From: Azolla caroliniana
Lineage: Eukaryota > Plantae > Polypodiophyta
Assembly (NCBI GenBank): GCA_043228905.1
Contig: JBHGNT010000001.1
Location: forward strand, 31,248,001-31,312,000
Length of the DNA stretch: 64,000 nucleotides
Reading direction: 5' to 3'
The translations under genes were made by a program, and so were the position numbers. Position 1 is the stretch's first letter. Every line of letters begins with the position of its first letter. Positions 35,660 through 48,200 of this stretch are shown in pieces. Under the pieces are notes generated by a model, which was not told the DNA's origin, searched no databases, and saw nothing but the letters and a program-made list of their open reading frames with translations.

Positions 35660-38600
35660 ATGGCGACTAAGCCTTGGGGCATAGGCGCCTGGGCGGCCGA
35701 AGCTGAACTTGCAGAGGAAGAAGAGAAAGCGGCAGCAGCTGCTGCTGCTGCTGCGGCAGCCATGGCTCCTCCCCCTCCTGATACTTCTTTCCCTTCTCTC
35801 GCTGAAGCTTCTCGCCACAGAGCTCCGCCGAAGAAGAAGAAGCAGACCACTCTATCCTTAGCAGAGTTCACCATAGGACAACCCATAGCTCAAGGTACAG
35901 GTTCGCGGTATTCTTCTTCGGCCAGTCATCGCAGTAGCATCTCCACAGGTCTCACTCTAGAAGAGATGGTGATGCTTCCTTCTGGGCCTCGAGACAGATC
36001 TGGTGAAGAAGAAAGACGTGGTCTTGGAGGTGGTTTTCGTGACTATGGAGCAGATCGATACTCAAGTTACCCGCGCGAGAGAGAATCAAGTGGTTTTCTG
36101 AAAGATCGGGAAAGAGATACTGGAGGTTTTCTGAAGGATAGAGAGAGAAATGAACCTTCTCGTGCAGATGATAGCAGAGATTGGGGCTCTTCAAAAAGAA
36201 CTGCTTTTCCTACAACAGGAACATATGAAAGTGAGAAGAGATTTTCTTCTTCTTCTCGGTTGATTCCGCCTGAGAGAGTAGAAATTACTCCTTCTCGGGC
36301 AGATGAAGCCGATAACTGGGGCTTAGTTAAGAGATCTTTACCTATTGCTCCTCCTCCTGTCAGAAGACAAACTTTTGAATCAGTTGAAATCAGCCATTTG
36401 TCTCGTGCAGATGAAGCTGATAGCTGGGCGAAAACAAAGAAGCCGTTAACACAACCCCCACATCCTCTTCCAGGCGCTACTCCTGCAGCTATAGATCTAG
36501 GTAGCCATATTCACTCCCGGGCCGATGTAGCAGATAACTGGATTTCTTCAAAGAAATCTACACAATCAGAAGAAACTTCTGATGCCACAGGTCAAATTCG
36601 GGAAAGAAAGCCAATTGTATTAGCTCCTGCAAGCAATGCCCATCTTCCAGTTGAAGTAACAAATCTACCTATTGAAGGAACAGAGGTTGTGGTAGCTTTA
36701 CCACCTCCATTGAAACCTAAACCTAATCCATTTGGATCTGCAAGGCCTCGTGAAGCTGTTCTTGCTGATAGAGGAATAGATCAACAACTCTCTGACACTA
36801 TTTTGAAAGATACTGGTACCAGTGGTCTTAGTAGACCCTCTAGTAGTGGGCACTCTAGTAGACCTCTCACTCCCGAAACTTCCATGGAATCTTCAGGCAA
36901 ATCTTCTCGGCCCAAAGTGAACCCCTTTGGTGAGGCCAAGCCTCGTGAAGTTCTCTTGCAAGAACGAGGCCAGGATTGGCGGAAAATGGATCTCGAACTT
37001 GAGCATCGATCAGTTGATAGGTATGTCTTATGAGACTTGATTAACTGTTGTTTTGTATTTTGGAAATGTATGTATATTTAGTGGGTATAACTGCCCATTC
37101 TTTGAATATGACTGATGCACAAGTTCGTGAGGTGCTCAATGATATTGATTTGTGATGTTTAGTTTTGTGGGACTGTTTTGGTGGTAAAAAACACCAATAA
37201 TTTTCAGTTACTGAATGTGCATAATCCATCCTGTTTTTGCGATGTCTTGAAAATGATAAGAAGTGGTTCATGCATCACATTCTTTTACTATTATGCTTGT
37301 ATACGGACATCAGTATGTTTTTGTATGCGATCATTTCTCTTCCTTTCTTGTTTGTCTGTGTGTTTATAGTCTGAACTTGGCATGTTTTTCCTCTTGGCTT
37401 GGTTTATATCTATCATAAATGGTTGGATATTGTATCTTAATCATCCCTCTAAAACCAGCAGTCTGATCTTGCACATAATGCACCACACATATGTAAATCC
37501 AAAAGAAATTTACAGCAGAAAATGTAAGGAGGTTGTTTGGGATAACTACACTTATCTCAGAATCCGTTATCCTTGAGAGAGTATTTACAATGGCCCTTTG
37601 GGATAATTTTGTTCTTCATTTCTGTCTGTATAGTTAACAATCTTGAGCAATGCGAAATACTGGTTATGATTCTTTCTGATATTCGATTATAAGATAGACT
37701 GAATAGAGAAGGAGAACATAATATAAGCAATAGAATTTTAAATACAAAAAAGAATAGATTTTAACCTTGCGATATTTTTCATAATTGTTTTTTCTTGATA
37801 TGCAACTCAAGGAAGCACCCTGTGACTGAATGGAGAAGGAGAGCATAATATAAGCAATAGAATTTTAAATACATAAAAGAACAGATTTTAATCTTTGAGA
37901 AAGAGAACATAATATAAGCAATAGAATTTTAAATACATAAAAGAACAGATTTTAATCTTGTGATAATTTTCATAATTGTTATTTCTTGATATGCAACTCA
38001 AGGAAGCACCCTGTGACTGAATGGAGAAGGAGAGCATAATATAAGCAATAGAATTTTAAATACAAAAAAGAATAGATTTTAATCTTTGAGAAAGAGAACA
38101 TAATATAAGCAATAGAATTTTAAATACAAAAAAGAATAGATTTTAATCTTGCGATATTTCTCATAATTGCTTTTTATTGATATGCAACTCAAGGAATCAC
38201 ACTGTTTACTACTAGTTTTTCACATTATGCCATATACACTTAACCCGCACTATATATAATACTATGTGTTAGTGCTTGGAGTGTCTCCATTGTATGCTCA
38301 ATGGATGGCAAAAATAAGTCCATGTCTAGGAACATGCTTACGGTTCATTTTCTGTGCGATTATGTAATATTTGTGATAAGTGAGTGCTTTATCTCTTTTT
38401 TGGTGACATTTAACTTTCATTTGCTGATGTGCAATTTCCAAATTATATATCATGTGGGGAATGTAAGGGTGTACGGTTTTTAAGAACATTTTTATGTTTA
38501 CTCTGTTGCTGCCATTTACCAAACTATGTATGATATCTGTGCAGGCCAGAAACAGAAGAGGAAAGAATTCTGAAAGAAGAAATTAAATCCCTAAAGCAGG

Positions 38601-39262
38601 AGGCAGAAGAAGCAAACAAGCAACGCACAAACGGAACTGAAGAAACAATGGATGGAGACAGTTCAAACCAAGCTTCTATGTTCGAGGTGGAATTGCAAAA
38701 GAAGGAGAAGGAATTAGAGGAATTAGTGAGAGCATTAGATGACAAAGTCAGATTCTCTCAAAGGGTCATTCCAATGGATAGACCTGGGTCTCGATCAGGA
38801 AGGAGTGAATTTGGGCGGAGTTTTGATATGCTAGAGAAGTCAGGGTCGCTTCCAGGCAGTAGACCAGGTTCTCGATCGGGTAGTAGGCCAGGTTCGCAAT
38901 CTGGAAGGAGTGATTCTGGCCAAAATTACAATATTTCATCAGATTCACAATCTATTCGAAGACCGTCATCCCATTCGTTATGGTCTCGGTCTCGCCAAGT
39001 TGTTGAAAATGCTAGTAGAAGCAATGAAGCATTGGAAAGAACTGGATCTTGGGTTGGTTCTAATGACATAAGACAAAGTTTTGATTCCCTTCAAAGGTCC
39101 CAACGGGAAACGGGTGTTGGTAATAATAGCAATTTTTCGGCTCATCCTCGTGGAACAGGTCCTGATATTTGGACTCGATCTAACGAAGGCCCTCGTGATA
39201 GAAAAGGTAGCTGGGGAGAACAGCAGCAACTCAATGATAGGGTCGGAAATCGACGATTTTGA
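35660..39262 (+). CDS. eIF4B: Plant eukaryotic translation initiation factor 4B; 2 exons, ~692 aa
   Basis: Exons 35660-37020 and 38545-39262 splice in frame (2079 nt). Motifs KPWGIGAWAAEAE, SFPSLAEA, LPSGPRDRS, SRAD..DxW repeats, two PKxNPFGxAxPRE boxes, DWRKMDLELEHR|PETEEE, and LDDKVRF. Confidence 0.93.
37695..38200. repeat. Intronic higher-order tandem repeat (A-B-A-A-B-A-A-B, period ~191 bp)
   Basis: Unit A (GAGAAGGAGAACATAATATAAGCAATAGAATTTTAAATAC..) occurs five times. Unit B (..GATATGCAACTCAAGGAAGCACCCTG..) occurs three times. Confidence 0.9.
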
Positions 39263-42239
39263 GAGTATTATTGCTTTTTCAAAACGTTCTGGTTGCTTGA
39301 GAAAAGCAAAGCTTGCAAAAATGCTCAGATATCCATCCATACACATTATATTAAAACTTAAAGGCCTTTGAAGACCCCTTTTTTTGTTGCTGGTTGTAAC
39401 TTTTTTTCCCTTTTTCATGTTCTCAAAATTCTTTTTTGTTTTAGACCTGGATCCTTACATTGATGTAGGAAGATTAGATTTCCGGAAAACTTATATGCTG
39501 CTGATTTAAAGAAGAGGAAGAACTATTTTCTTTGCATTTTTGTGTGGTCGTCGCGAACGAACTCTCCACTCCGAATAAAGGTCAGTCCAGTTGGTGCCAT
39601 TGCTATTTCAGCAATTTGCTTGCAACAATGTTTTATTTGTTGTTACGCTGAACTGGCATTTGAGACACTATTTTTTATACATATGAACTCCTTAAAAGAG
39701 CAGATGGGAAAATGTTTACAGAAACTCCAATATATTCATCATATGGGAGTGTTCCTATGTGAACTGTACTTATTCTTTTCTTCACCTAGAATTTGAGATC
39801 CAAATGAGAAGAAAAATCTGTTTTAATTTTCTCCATTCGAAATACTCATCTGAGCTCTGAAGTTTTTCATTTTGACCACTTGTGCTCAGTTTCCAATTGA
39901 TGTTCATACGAGTAGATGGTGCTAGTAGCAGAAGTATGTATGTAGTACAGGGAATAAGTCTTAATTGGAATATCAATAGCTGGTTTCTCACCTAGAAAGC
40001 CAGAAGAGAGAAGGGAATGAATTCCCTTTTCTTTACACCATTCCCAAGCTTTTCGACCACCGGTTTAGCAACACTGCCACAGAGAAAAGGATTCTGTTTA
40101 TTTATTTTTACACAGTTTCCAAGCGTTTCTACTGTTTTTAGAGTTTTGTTTTCTTTTTCTTTTTTTGTATTTCAAATTCCTAGCTTTTAAGTAAAAAATT
40201 CTGCCCCTTGTGGTTTATCTGAGGATGAAGTAAAGCTCAAAAGTAAAAACAAAGTAGGATATGTCAATGGAAATCTTAATGTTATGGGTATAGTATCAAA
40301 AGTTGTGCAACGTTAAGCACAGCCCTAGGGATGAAAAAAGTGATTTTTGTTTACTTTATAGTAGAGAATATTCACAATTGCTCTTCAAAGTAAAGGACGA
40401 AAATATAGCACTAGTTATTCCTTTAATGTATATTTTTGTATTTGTCGTTTGTGGTCAATAACAATTACACCTGTTAGCAAATTATGATATTGTTACTCAC
40501 GTTCGCATGTTTCTATAAGGATCTACCCAATGAGCATTGATATTAAGAAAATACATCTACCCAATGAGCATTGATATTGAGAAAAGCGATTGGTATAAAA
40601 AGGTTATGCTATAACACGTTTTTGATCCAACAAATATCTTTGCAGCTGGAGGTATCTCAATTCTTCCAAGCTAGATGACTAATTAGATGTTTAAAAACAT
40701 ACCTCAAATCACTATATATGTATATATATATATCCTTTATCTCGTTCTAGTCATTATTTATTCCATGTCAATGCATGTAAAATTTTGTGGCCTTGTAATT
40801 GTAGTGGCAACACCATATTATGTTTTTAAATGATAAAATGCGTATATATGGCGGAAGTTTAAAGTCTACTGAATGCACCCATTTCTGGGGATGTTTGATG
40901 GCTATATTGTACTAGATAAATTGACAAATCATTATTGGTATATTGGCTTAATTGAATGTTCATTAAGGAGAAACAATGTTTGTATGCATATACAACATGA
41001 GTTTATTTTGCTTTATCGTGAACTCTATATTAGGAAGATATATGTACAAAATCAAACAAACTAAGCATTATTTATTTTATGCATTGACATATATGCAACA
41101 CACACATGGCAACCAATTTGTTTTGGCCTTGTGCAAAGGTGTTAGTATAACATATTGACATTAGAAGTACCATATGAAGGGTAAGGTAAAATGTTGCATT
41201 TTACATAAAAAACAATAAAAAAACCACCAAGAATATTAGTAAAAAAAAGGATTCTCAAGGGGGAAAATTTAATCAACCAAGAGGAGTTGGTAGGTGGATG
41301 CCCAAAAGTTTGGTGATTATGAATGGTCTGCATTATGCATCTCCTTTGTTCAATTCAAACATGACAAAGAGAGAGGGCTTATCCCTTGCATCATCATTAA
41401 ACTCGGACTAGATTGCATCATTGTCACTTTGGAAAACAAAGTCTATGTATGCTATTTTGTTGCAAGGCCTCCTAGTAAAAAGCAAAGAGTTGTTTGAAAT
41501 TGATGAAATGGAATTGTAATTCAAGGCCATTGTAATGTGTTGAGAAAACCATATTTTATGTACACATGAGATTGCACTTATGTTGCTTTCCACTATGGTT
41601 GGCTTCACTACTAGTGGTCTTGTGTGTTATCATTTTAGCGTTAAGGCTTTCACGCCTTGCATGTTGTGTGCATGCATAGATGAAATACTCACAAACCCAT
41701 CCATCATGATGTTAGGCCTTTCCAAATTATATCCTGTCAATGACACTTCTCACCTTTGTGGAGTTAAATAAGGTGGATTCATGTGGGTGTGAGCCCCATG
41801 TTGGGGGAGGGAGCTACTTAAAAATGTCATATATTACATTTGCATGTTTATGCCAAACCCGAGATAAGTAAGTTATGTGCTTCCCATTCAACGGTGTATT
41901 AAAAGAGGTATTTCTTGAGAATTCGATGTCCAATTTCGCCACTTCAAAGTGGTGAGGAACACACTCATTTCATTTGTGCTTGAGGAAATCTCAAGCCCAA
42001 TATATTTGAAGTTTTTCTATTGTTTAAATTGATTCATTCTTGTACCCAAAGCATGAGATATACTCTTTTCAAGTCTTTCCTAAATTAGCATCAAAGAGGG
42101 CAAGGCGATTGATGGTGCTATAGTGTCTCTGAAAATTAGCTTGTTAGGTTGTTTGTATATCCTTTTACCATTCTTTTTTACAAGCGCACTTTACCCTAAC
42201 ATTTGTTACACACTCAAATAGTTTTGCCATAAGAGAATA

Positions 42240-42730
42240 GATCATGATTATCATAGTTGTTTAGGCCTTTTCTTATCTCCTCGTTTATGTAAATGTTTGA
42301 TCCAAATTGTATTGCAGTCATGAAGCATGATCAAACATACACTTATCCAAGCATGTGTTTGCTTTCCGGTCCATGATTATCATAGTTTAGGGGTTTTTTT
42401 ATCTCCTCGTTTATGTAAATGTTTGATCCAAATTGTATTGCAGTCATGAAGCATGATCAAACATACACTTATCCAAGCATGTGTGTTTCAATCTTGATGT
42501 CTTGAAGATGTCATGATTTGTAGTGGCCAAACTCTTAAGCCACATGCACACATCTTCACTAGTAAAATAGGAAAGCAAGCGTGAGAGAGAACCATAACAC
42601 ATCATCTTTCACACATTTGATTGCTCGTATTTCAATCTCGATGTCTTGAAGATCTAGTGATTTGTGGTAGCCAAATGCTTAAGCCATATGCACAAATACT
42701 CATTGGTAAAATTGGAAAGCAATTGTGAGC
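42240..42730. repeat. Two adjacent tandem duplications (~130 bp and ~145 bp periods) in intergenic TE-like DNA
   Basis: CATGATTATCATAGTT..TTATCCAAGCATGTGT occurs twice, then TTTCAATCT.GATGTCTTGAAGAT..GGAAAGCAA occurs twice. Confidence 0.8.
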
Positions 42731-43799
42731 ATGTTTGATTGTTTGTGTAAGTTCTTAGACCTCATACCTAAGTTCATAAAAGTTGCCACAACTCTCAACA
42801 TGTTTACCCTACCAATTTATCCAAAATTTGCCACATGTTTGTGCTCTATTGGGTTGGAGAAATTGTCCCACCATTTCGTAATGCACTTTGCTATCACCTA
42901 TTAGATAGTGTGATTCCTCGTTATTTATCAACCCATTCAACCATCCATGGATATGCATAAACTAGTTTATGATATACATCACTTGTTTTTACTTTGGCAA
43001 GGATTTTATTAGATGCAAATCTCCAATCTACCTTAGGCATAACCCTAGTCAAATACAAAGTGGATATTGCAAGCTGGCATTTCTTGCAATCAAGTTCACA
43101 TAACATGGTAATTTCTCAAAGTATGAAACTGTCCTAAATGTCTGAAAAAGCCATTTTTTTCTTTGAGTTTTGAACATGTCATTATGTATGTTAACTAAGC
43201 CTAAGCACGCCATAAAATGAAGTCGGGGTAGAAGAGAGTGTTGGTAGACCATTAAGAGGAGCATCTTGCACATCAAGTTCTAAATGTTGTGAGTGTTCCC
43301 CATGTTAAAATTTGAGTGGCTTGTCCAATTTCATTGTCAACATACAATTCATCCATAAATATATGCATCGAGTAGTGGATTAGTATGTGAAACAACCTAT
43401 ACGTCCACCATGATATCAATTGATAATGCATAAGACAGTCAAATGACAAAGGTCGATCGACCATGGGTCCTTTACAAGTGACACAACCAATAACAAATTC
43501 ACCGAACTGAGTTTATTGATGAAATTTTTGTTTGAACTCAGCTTGCGCACAAAAGGGTCCACACACATGATGTGGCCAACATACTTCATATCCATTTTAA
43601 TTACAAATTCTCAATTGAAGCCTTGAGCTGTGGACATGAATGTTTTTTGTATGTGGGGAGTTTAAAACAACTAGTGTTTAAGGTTCATATGTCTCCTTAA
43701 GATCTTAACAGAAAAAAGAAAAAAGGAAAAAAAAGAAAGAAAAAACGAAAAACGAAAAACGAAAAAAGAAAAAAGAAAAAAGAAATAGAAATCTCTCTC

Positions 43800-44025
43800 T
43801 CTCTCTCTCTCTCTCTCATTCGGTGAAGATTCGTCTGTTTCTTCTGTGTGAGCTGCTGCGGTTTCTTCTTATTCGTTTCTTCACAGAGGAACTTTGCTTC
43901 ATCGCCTCCACGTATACAGAGGTGAGTCATCAAATAAGCATTTTACATGCATTTTTACAATTCCTTAAAATATATTTAGTTCATTTTCACGAATCGTGAC
44001 AGGTCTCTACAGATCTTCTCAATTC
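43800..44025 (+). other. Putative 5' UTR exons of the TT9/CLEC16A-like gene
   Basis: A CT-microsatellite leader is followed by the donor AGAG|GTGAGT at ~43922. A small exon (GACAG|GTC...TTC|GTAAGT) lies at ~44003-44025. Confidence 0.55.
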
Positions 44026-45211
44026 GTAAGTCTTTCTTTAGATCTGTATTTTTTCCCTATTTTCTGATCTAAGAATGTTTCCTCTCGATTGTGAAAGTTT
44101 TCTTTGGAATTGGAGCTCTTTTTCTGCTTTAGATGTGGAAAAACCCTAACATCATTTCAAAATCCTTTTTTTCCCTCAGTCAGGTATAATTGACCAGATG
44201 TTAAAGGATATTAGAATCATAGCTATGGCATATACACTCATGGATTAGATATATAGGTATATAATGTGTTAAAATATAAGGAAGATAGAAGTTAAGAAAA
44301 ATTGACTTATCTAAACAATAGATTACTTGTGTTTCACTATCTGATGCGCTACCTTTTCGTCGTGAATATATTGATGGATTAAGACTCGACTATGATGTAG
44401 AGTGGGAAAGAAAGCTTGAAAATTCACAGATGACCCATCTTAATCGTTTCCATACAATTTTATACATTAAATTTGAAGATGTTAAATGATTCTCCAAGCA
44501 CGTGTTAAGCATTGCATCAATTACATTTTTTAAAATCAATTGATCATTGAGCATTTGGGCAGCAATGGTGTAAGTTTGAACGGCTCAGACACATAACAGG
44601 GTCTCCCTGGAGAGGGTTGGAAATATGTCACTATGGAGCATTATATATATTGTGATGTTATGTGCCTTAAGCCTAGAAGGCAGTCTATGTCTTGCCACTA
44701 TTGTAATGGCATCTTAGGTTAATTGGCTATAATACATACTTCACATGATGAAAGAGGTTGTAATATATCTTTCATTTAGTAATATTTGTATTTCTGCACA
44801 GTCTTCGTATTATCATACCAAATTATCATTAGAAATATGCTAGTTGGTCACTCATTTAACAATGAATTGAAAAATAGCTATGTATTGTGTTGTCATGTGT
44901 TTTAAGCCTCGAAGGCAGTCTATGTCTCGCCACTATTGTAATGGCATCTTAGGTTATTTGGCTATAATACAGATGAAAGAGGTGATAATTCATTTAGTAA
45001 TATTTGTATTTCTGCATAGTCTTCGTATTATCATACTCAATTATCATTAGAAATTTGCTGGATTGGTCATTCATTTAACAATGAATTGAAAAAAAGATAT
45101 ATGTGTTGTTTAGCGTGAAGAGCAGATATATGCTTTAGAAGGCATATGTCCTTGGACAAATAATCAGCTTTAGGGTTTATGCGACTTGCATATTGAAGAA
45201 GCTGGCTGATC

Positions 45212-48200
45212 ATGTGGAGCTTCTGGCGTTCTAGGGAGCGATTCTCCTTAGATGAACTTAAGTATGGAATTGGTTCATGTGGTATATGGTCAGTAATGTC
45301 GTAGAAGTTGGAGTTTCATTTTAACACTATTTTGGTGTCTTTGATTCTTAATATAGGTACTTAAATGAACAATTGCAAAGAGCTATGATGGTAAATGATA
45401 CAAACAAGGTATGAATGTGTTGGATGCTATATGGAAATTGTAGCAATTGATATAGATGACTAATCATTGATGTTTATTGTGTTGAGTAAGTTTGTCCTCC
45501 ACCCAAAGAGATAATGCAAAACATAGACTTTTTTGGTCATGTAGCTCTATGCAATTTAGGCCTGGCTGTGGCTACAAGGTCATGTTGTAAAAATAGAACA
45601 GTGCTGTTTAGCTCTAAAAAGAAATGTATGATTGACATTTATTTAATGATAGAATTTTGTGCTTGTTTATGACTGACTTTCTAGTTTTGAGCTAACAAGA
45701 ATTTAGCAAATAAATGTATACAGGATTTTGTGATTGAGACCCTTAGATCAATGGCAGAATTGCTGATTTGGGGAGATCAACACGATCCTTCTTTTTTCGA
45801 GTAAGTTCATGACAACATATATCAAGGTTCTTCTGCAGCTGCAAGAAACGATGTAATATGATAGGCTTCTTTCCCTATTATTTTTCTTACAGATTTTTCA
45901 TGGAGAAGCAGGTGATGGCCCAATTCATCTATATCTTGAAACACAGCCGAAACTCAAGTGTAATTGTCCAGCTCTTGCAAACATTGAACATAATGGTCCA
46001 AAGTATGCGCAGTGAGCAAGCAATATGTAAGCCTGTATTTAAATGCATTTAGTGATTATACGATGTAACCCCCTCTTGCATTGAAATATTTCTACTTACC
46101 ATTTACAACCTCACTTTGATGTTTTCTAGTTATGTTTGTTTTGTCCTTTGATTCTTGTACATTCAATTTCCCTTGCTGTTTTCTTTCTTCATAGTTTGTA
46201 GAAAATATGAAAACATAGGGAAAAATAAGTCAACAAATTTTCATGTCATTGTGCCTGATCTAAACCAACTGTCTCCCATGGTTGATGATGGCTGCAGATT
46301 ACTTGTTCAGCAATGAATACATCAACAACTTAATCACATATCCTTTTGACTTTCAAAATGAGGAGCTGGTTGCATACTTCATTTCGTTCTTGAGGTTGGA
46401 TTGGGCTGACAATCATTTTGCTTCTGTATTTCCTCAGTTAGTGTATTAATAATAAACGCTGGATTTTGCTGCAAATGTTTTCTCTGGTGTGCAGGACTAT
46501 CAGCACAAAGCTTGACAAGAATACAATATCTTTCTTTGTTAAGACAAACAATGTATGATTGATTTGCATGTAATCTTGCTGGACTATAAAAATGTAGTTT
46601 ATGAACTGATGATGTGAATGCTTTCTGTAGGATGAGGTTGTGGAATTTCCTCTTTATACGGAGGCAATCAAGTTTGCTCGTCATGAAGAGAGTATGGTGC
46701 GAATTGCTGTACGAACGCTTACATTACACATCTACAACAGTACGTGTTATTTTACACTCTGGATGTTGTAACTTTTGAGGAAATGGAATTTAAAGACGTT
46801 AGAAACTAAAGTGCATATGCTATCAGTGACTACTACTTTTAACATTAGACGAGGTTCTGCAGTTGATGATGAAGCTATCCGGAAGTTTATCATGAGTCCA
46901 CAATCAGTTGGTTACTTTTTGGAACTAGTGACCTCCTTGAAGGAACAGACAGCCAGATTAGTTGACTTTGTTACAGAGTCTGCCAAGTAATCCTCTACTT
47001 TTTGGCCTTTCTACTATTATTAATGATCTTACAGTAAAACTGTAATTCCTTGAGCTCTTCTTGTGTTTTAAGTTTAGATCAGGCAGTTTTGACATTATTT
47101 CTCTTATTGTTCTACAGGAATCCTGACTCCTCACAAACCATTGCAAAGCTTGAAGAAGCTATTGCAGAAACAGGAGATCTCCTGTTCTACTGTAATGATA
47201 TCATTAATGCAGGTATGCCTCCGCTGAGTAAACTGATATCAAGGCACATATTGGACCTACTTGTCATTCCAGTTTTAATACCCTCTCTCCAACCATACCA
47301 AGCAACTGTAAGATTTATTTTATGTGTACTCATACAATATTTCGTTTTGTAACTTCCAGACTAATGAATGCAAAATTACAGGAACTGCAGACAAAGGAAT
47401 TGTCATCCTTGTACATGCTCTCTTGTCTCTTTCAGGTAGTAAAACAAAAGGAATTAGTGAACGGGATTGGGCTCGAGCTTCTAAAGAAGAGCTCATCCAA
47501 GGATGAAGGGTTTATTTCTGGAGGACAATCTATTGAAAGTATTGTCTCAAATAATGGAAGGTAGGGTCTTGCTTAAAGGTTGTCCTTGTCTGTGGCCACA
47601 TGTTTAGTATTTCCCAACTGCCATGCATATGTTTATACTGGTTTCTTTTTTTGCCCATATGCATTCCATATATAAAAAACTTTAGTTTCTTATTTCAGGA
47701 ACCAACAATTAATCAGTATTCTGTTGTGGTATGGATGCACATACCATCTGCATTTTAATTTAGTGATGATAATGTGCAATGACTAACCAGTATGTTGTTT
47801 TAGTGTGGATGCACATATAGAAACCGCCTGCATTTTAATTTACTGATGATAATAGGAACCATCTGCATTTTAATTTAGTGATGATAATGTGCAATGACTA
47901 ATCAGTATGTTGTTTTAGTGTGGATGCACATATAGAAACCGCCTGCATTTTCTTTTACTGATGATAATGTGCAATGACAAACCAATATGTTGTTTTCGTA
48001 TGGATCCACATATAGCAACCACCTCGTTTTACTAATGGTATGAGTAATTGTGGAATGGGCTATGGTCCATGTAGCATGTACTATGTCATAAAAACTATAC
48101 TTCTTGATGCTACATCTTACTTATACAGTATTATTCTATTCTGCATTGCCTCTTAGTTTTATAAATGATCACTGATATTGGTTTATTTCGTTTTGTTGCC

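Noticed and set aside
40400-43600. Short ORFs between eIF4B and TT9
   Set aside because: No homology or consistent splice structure recognised; consistent with eroded TE DNA.
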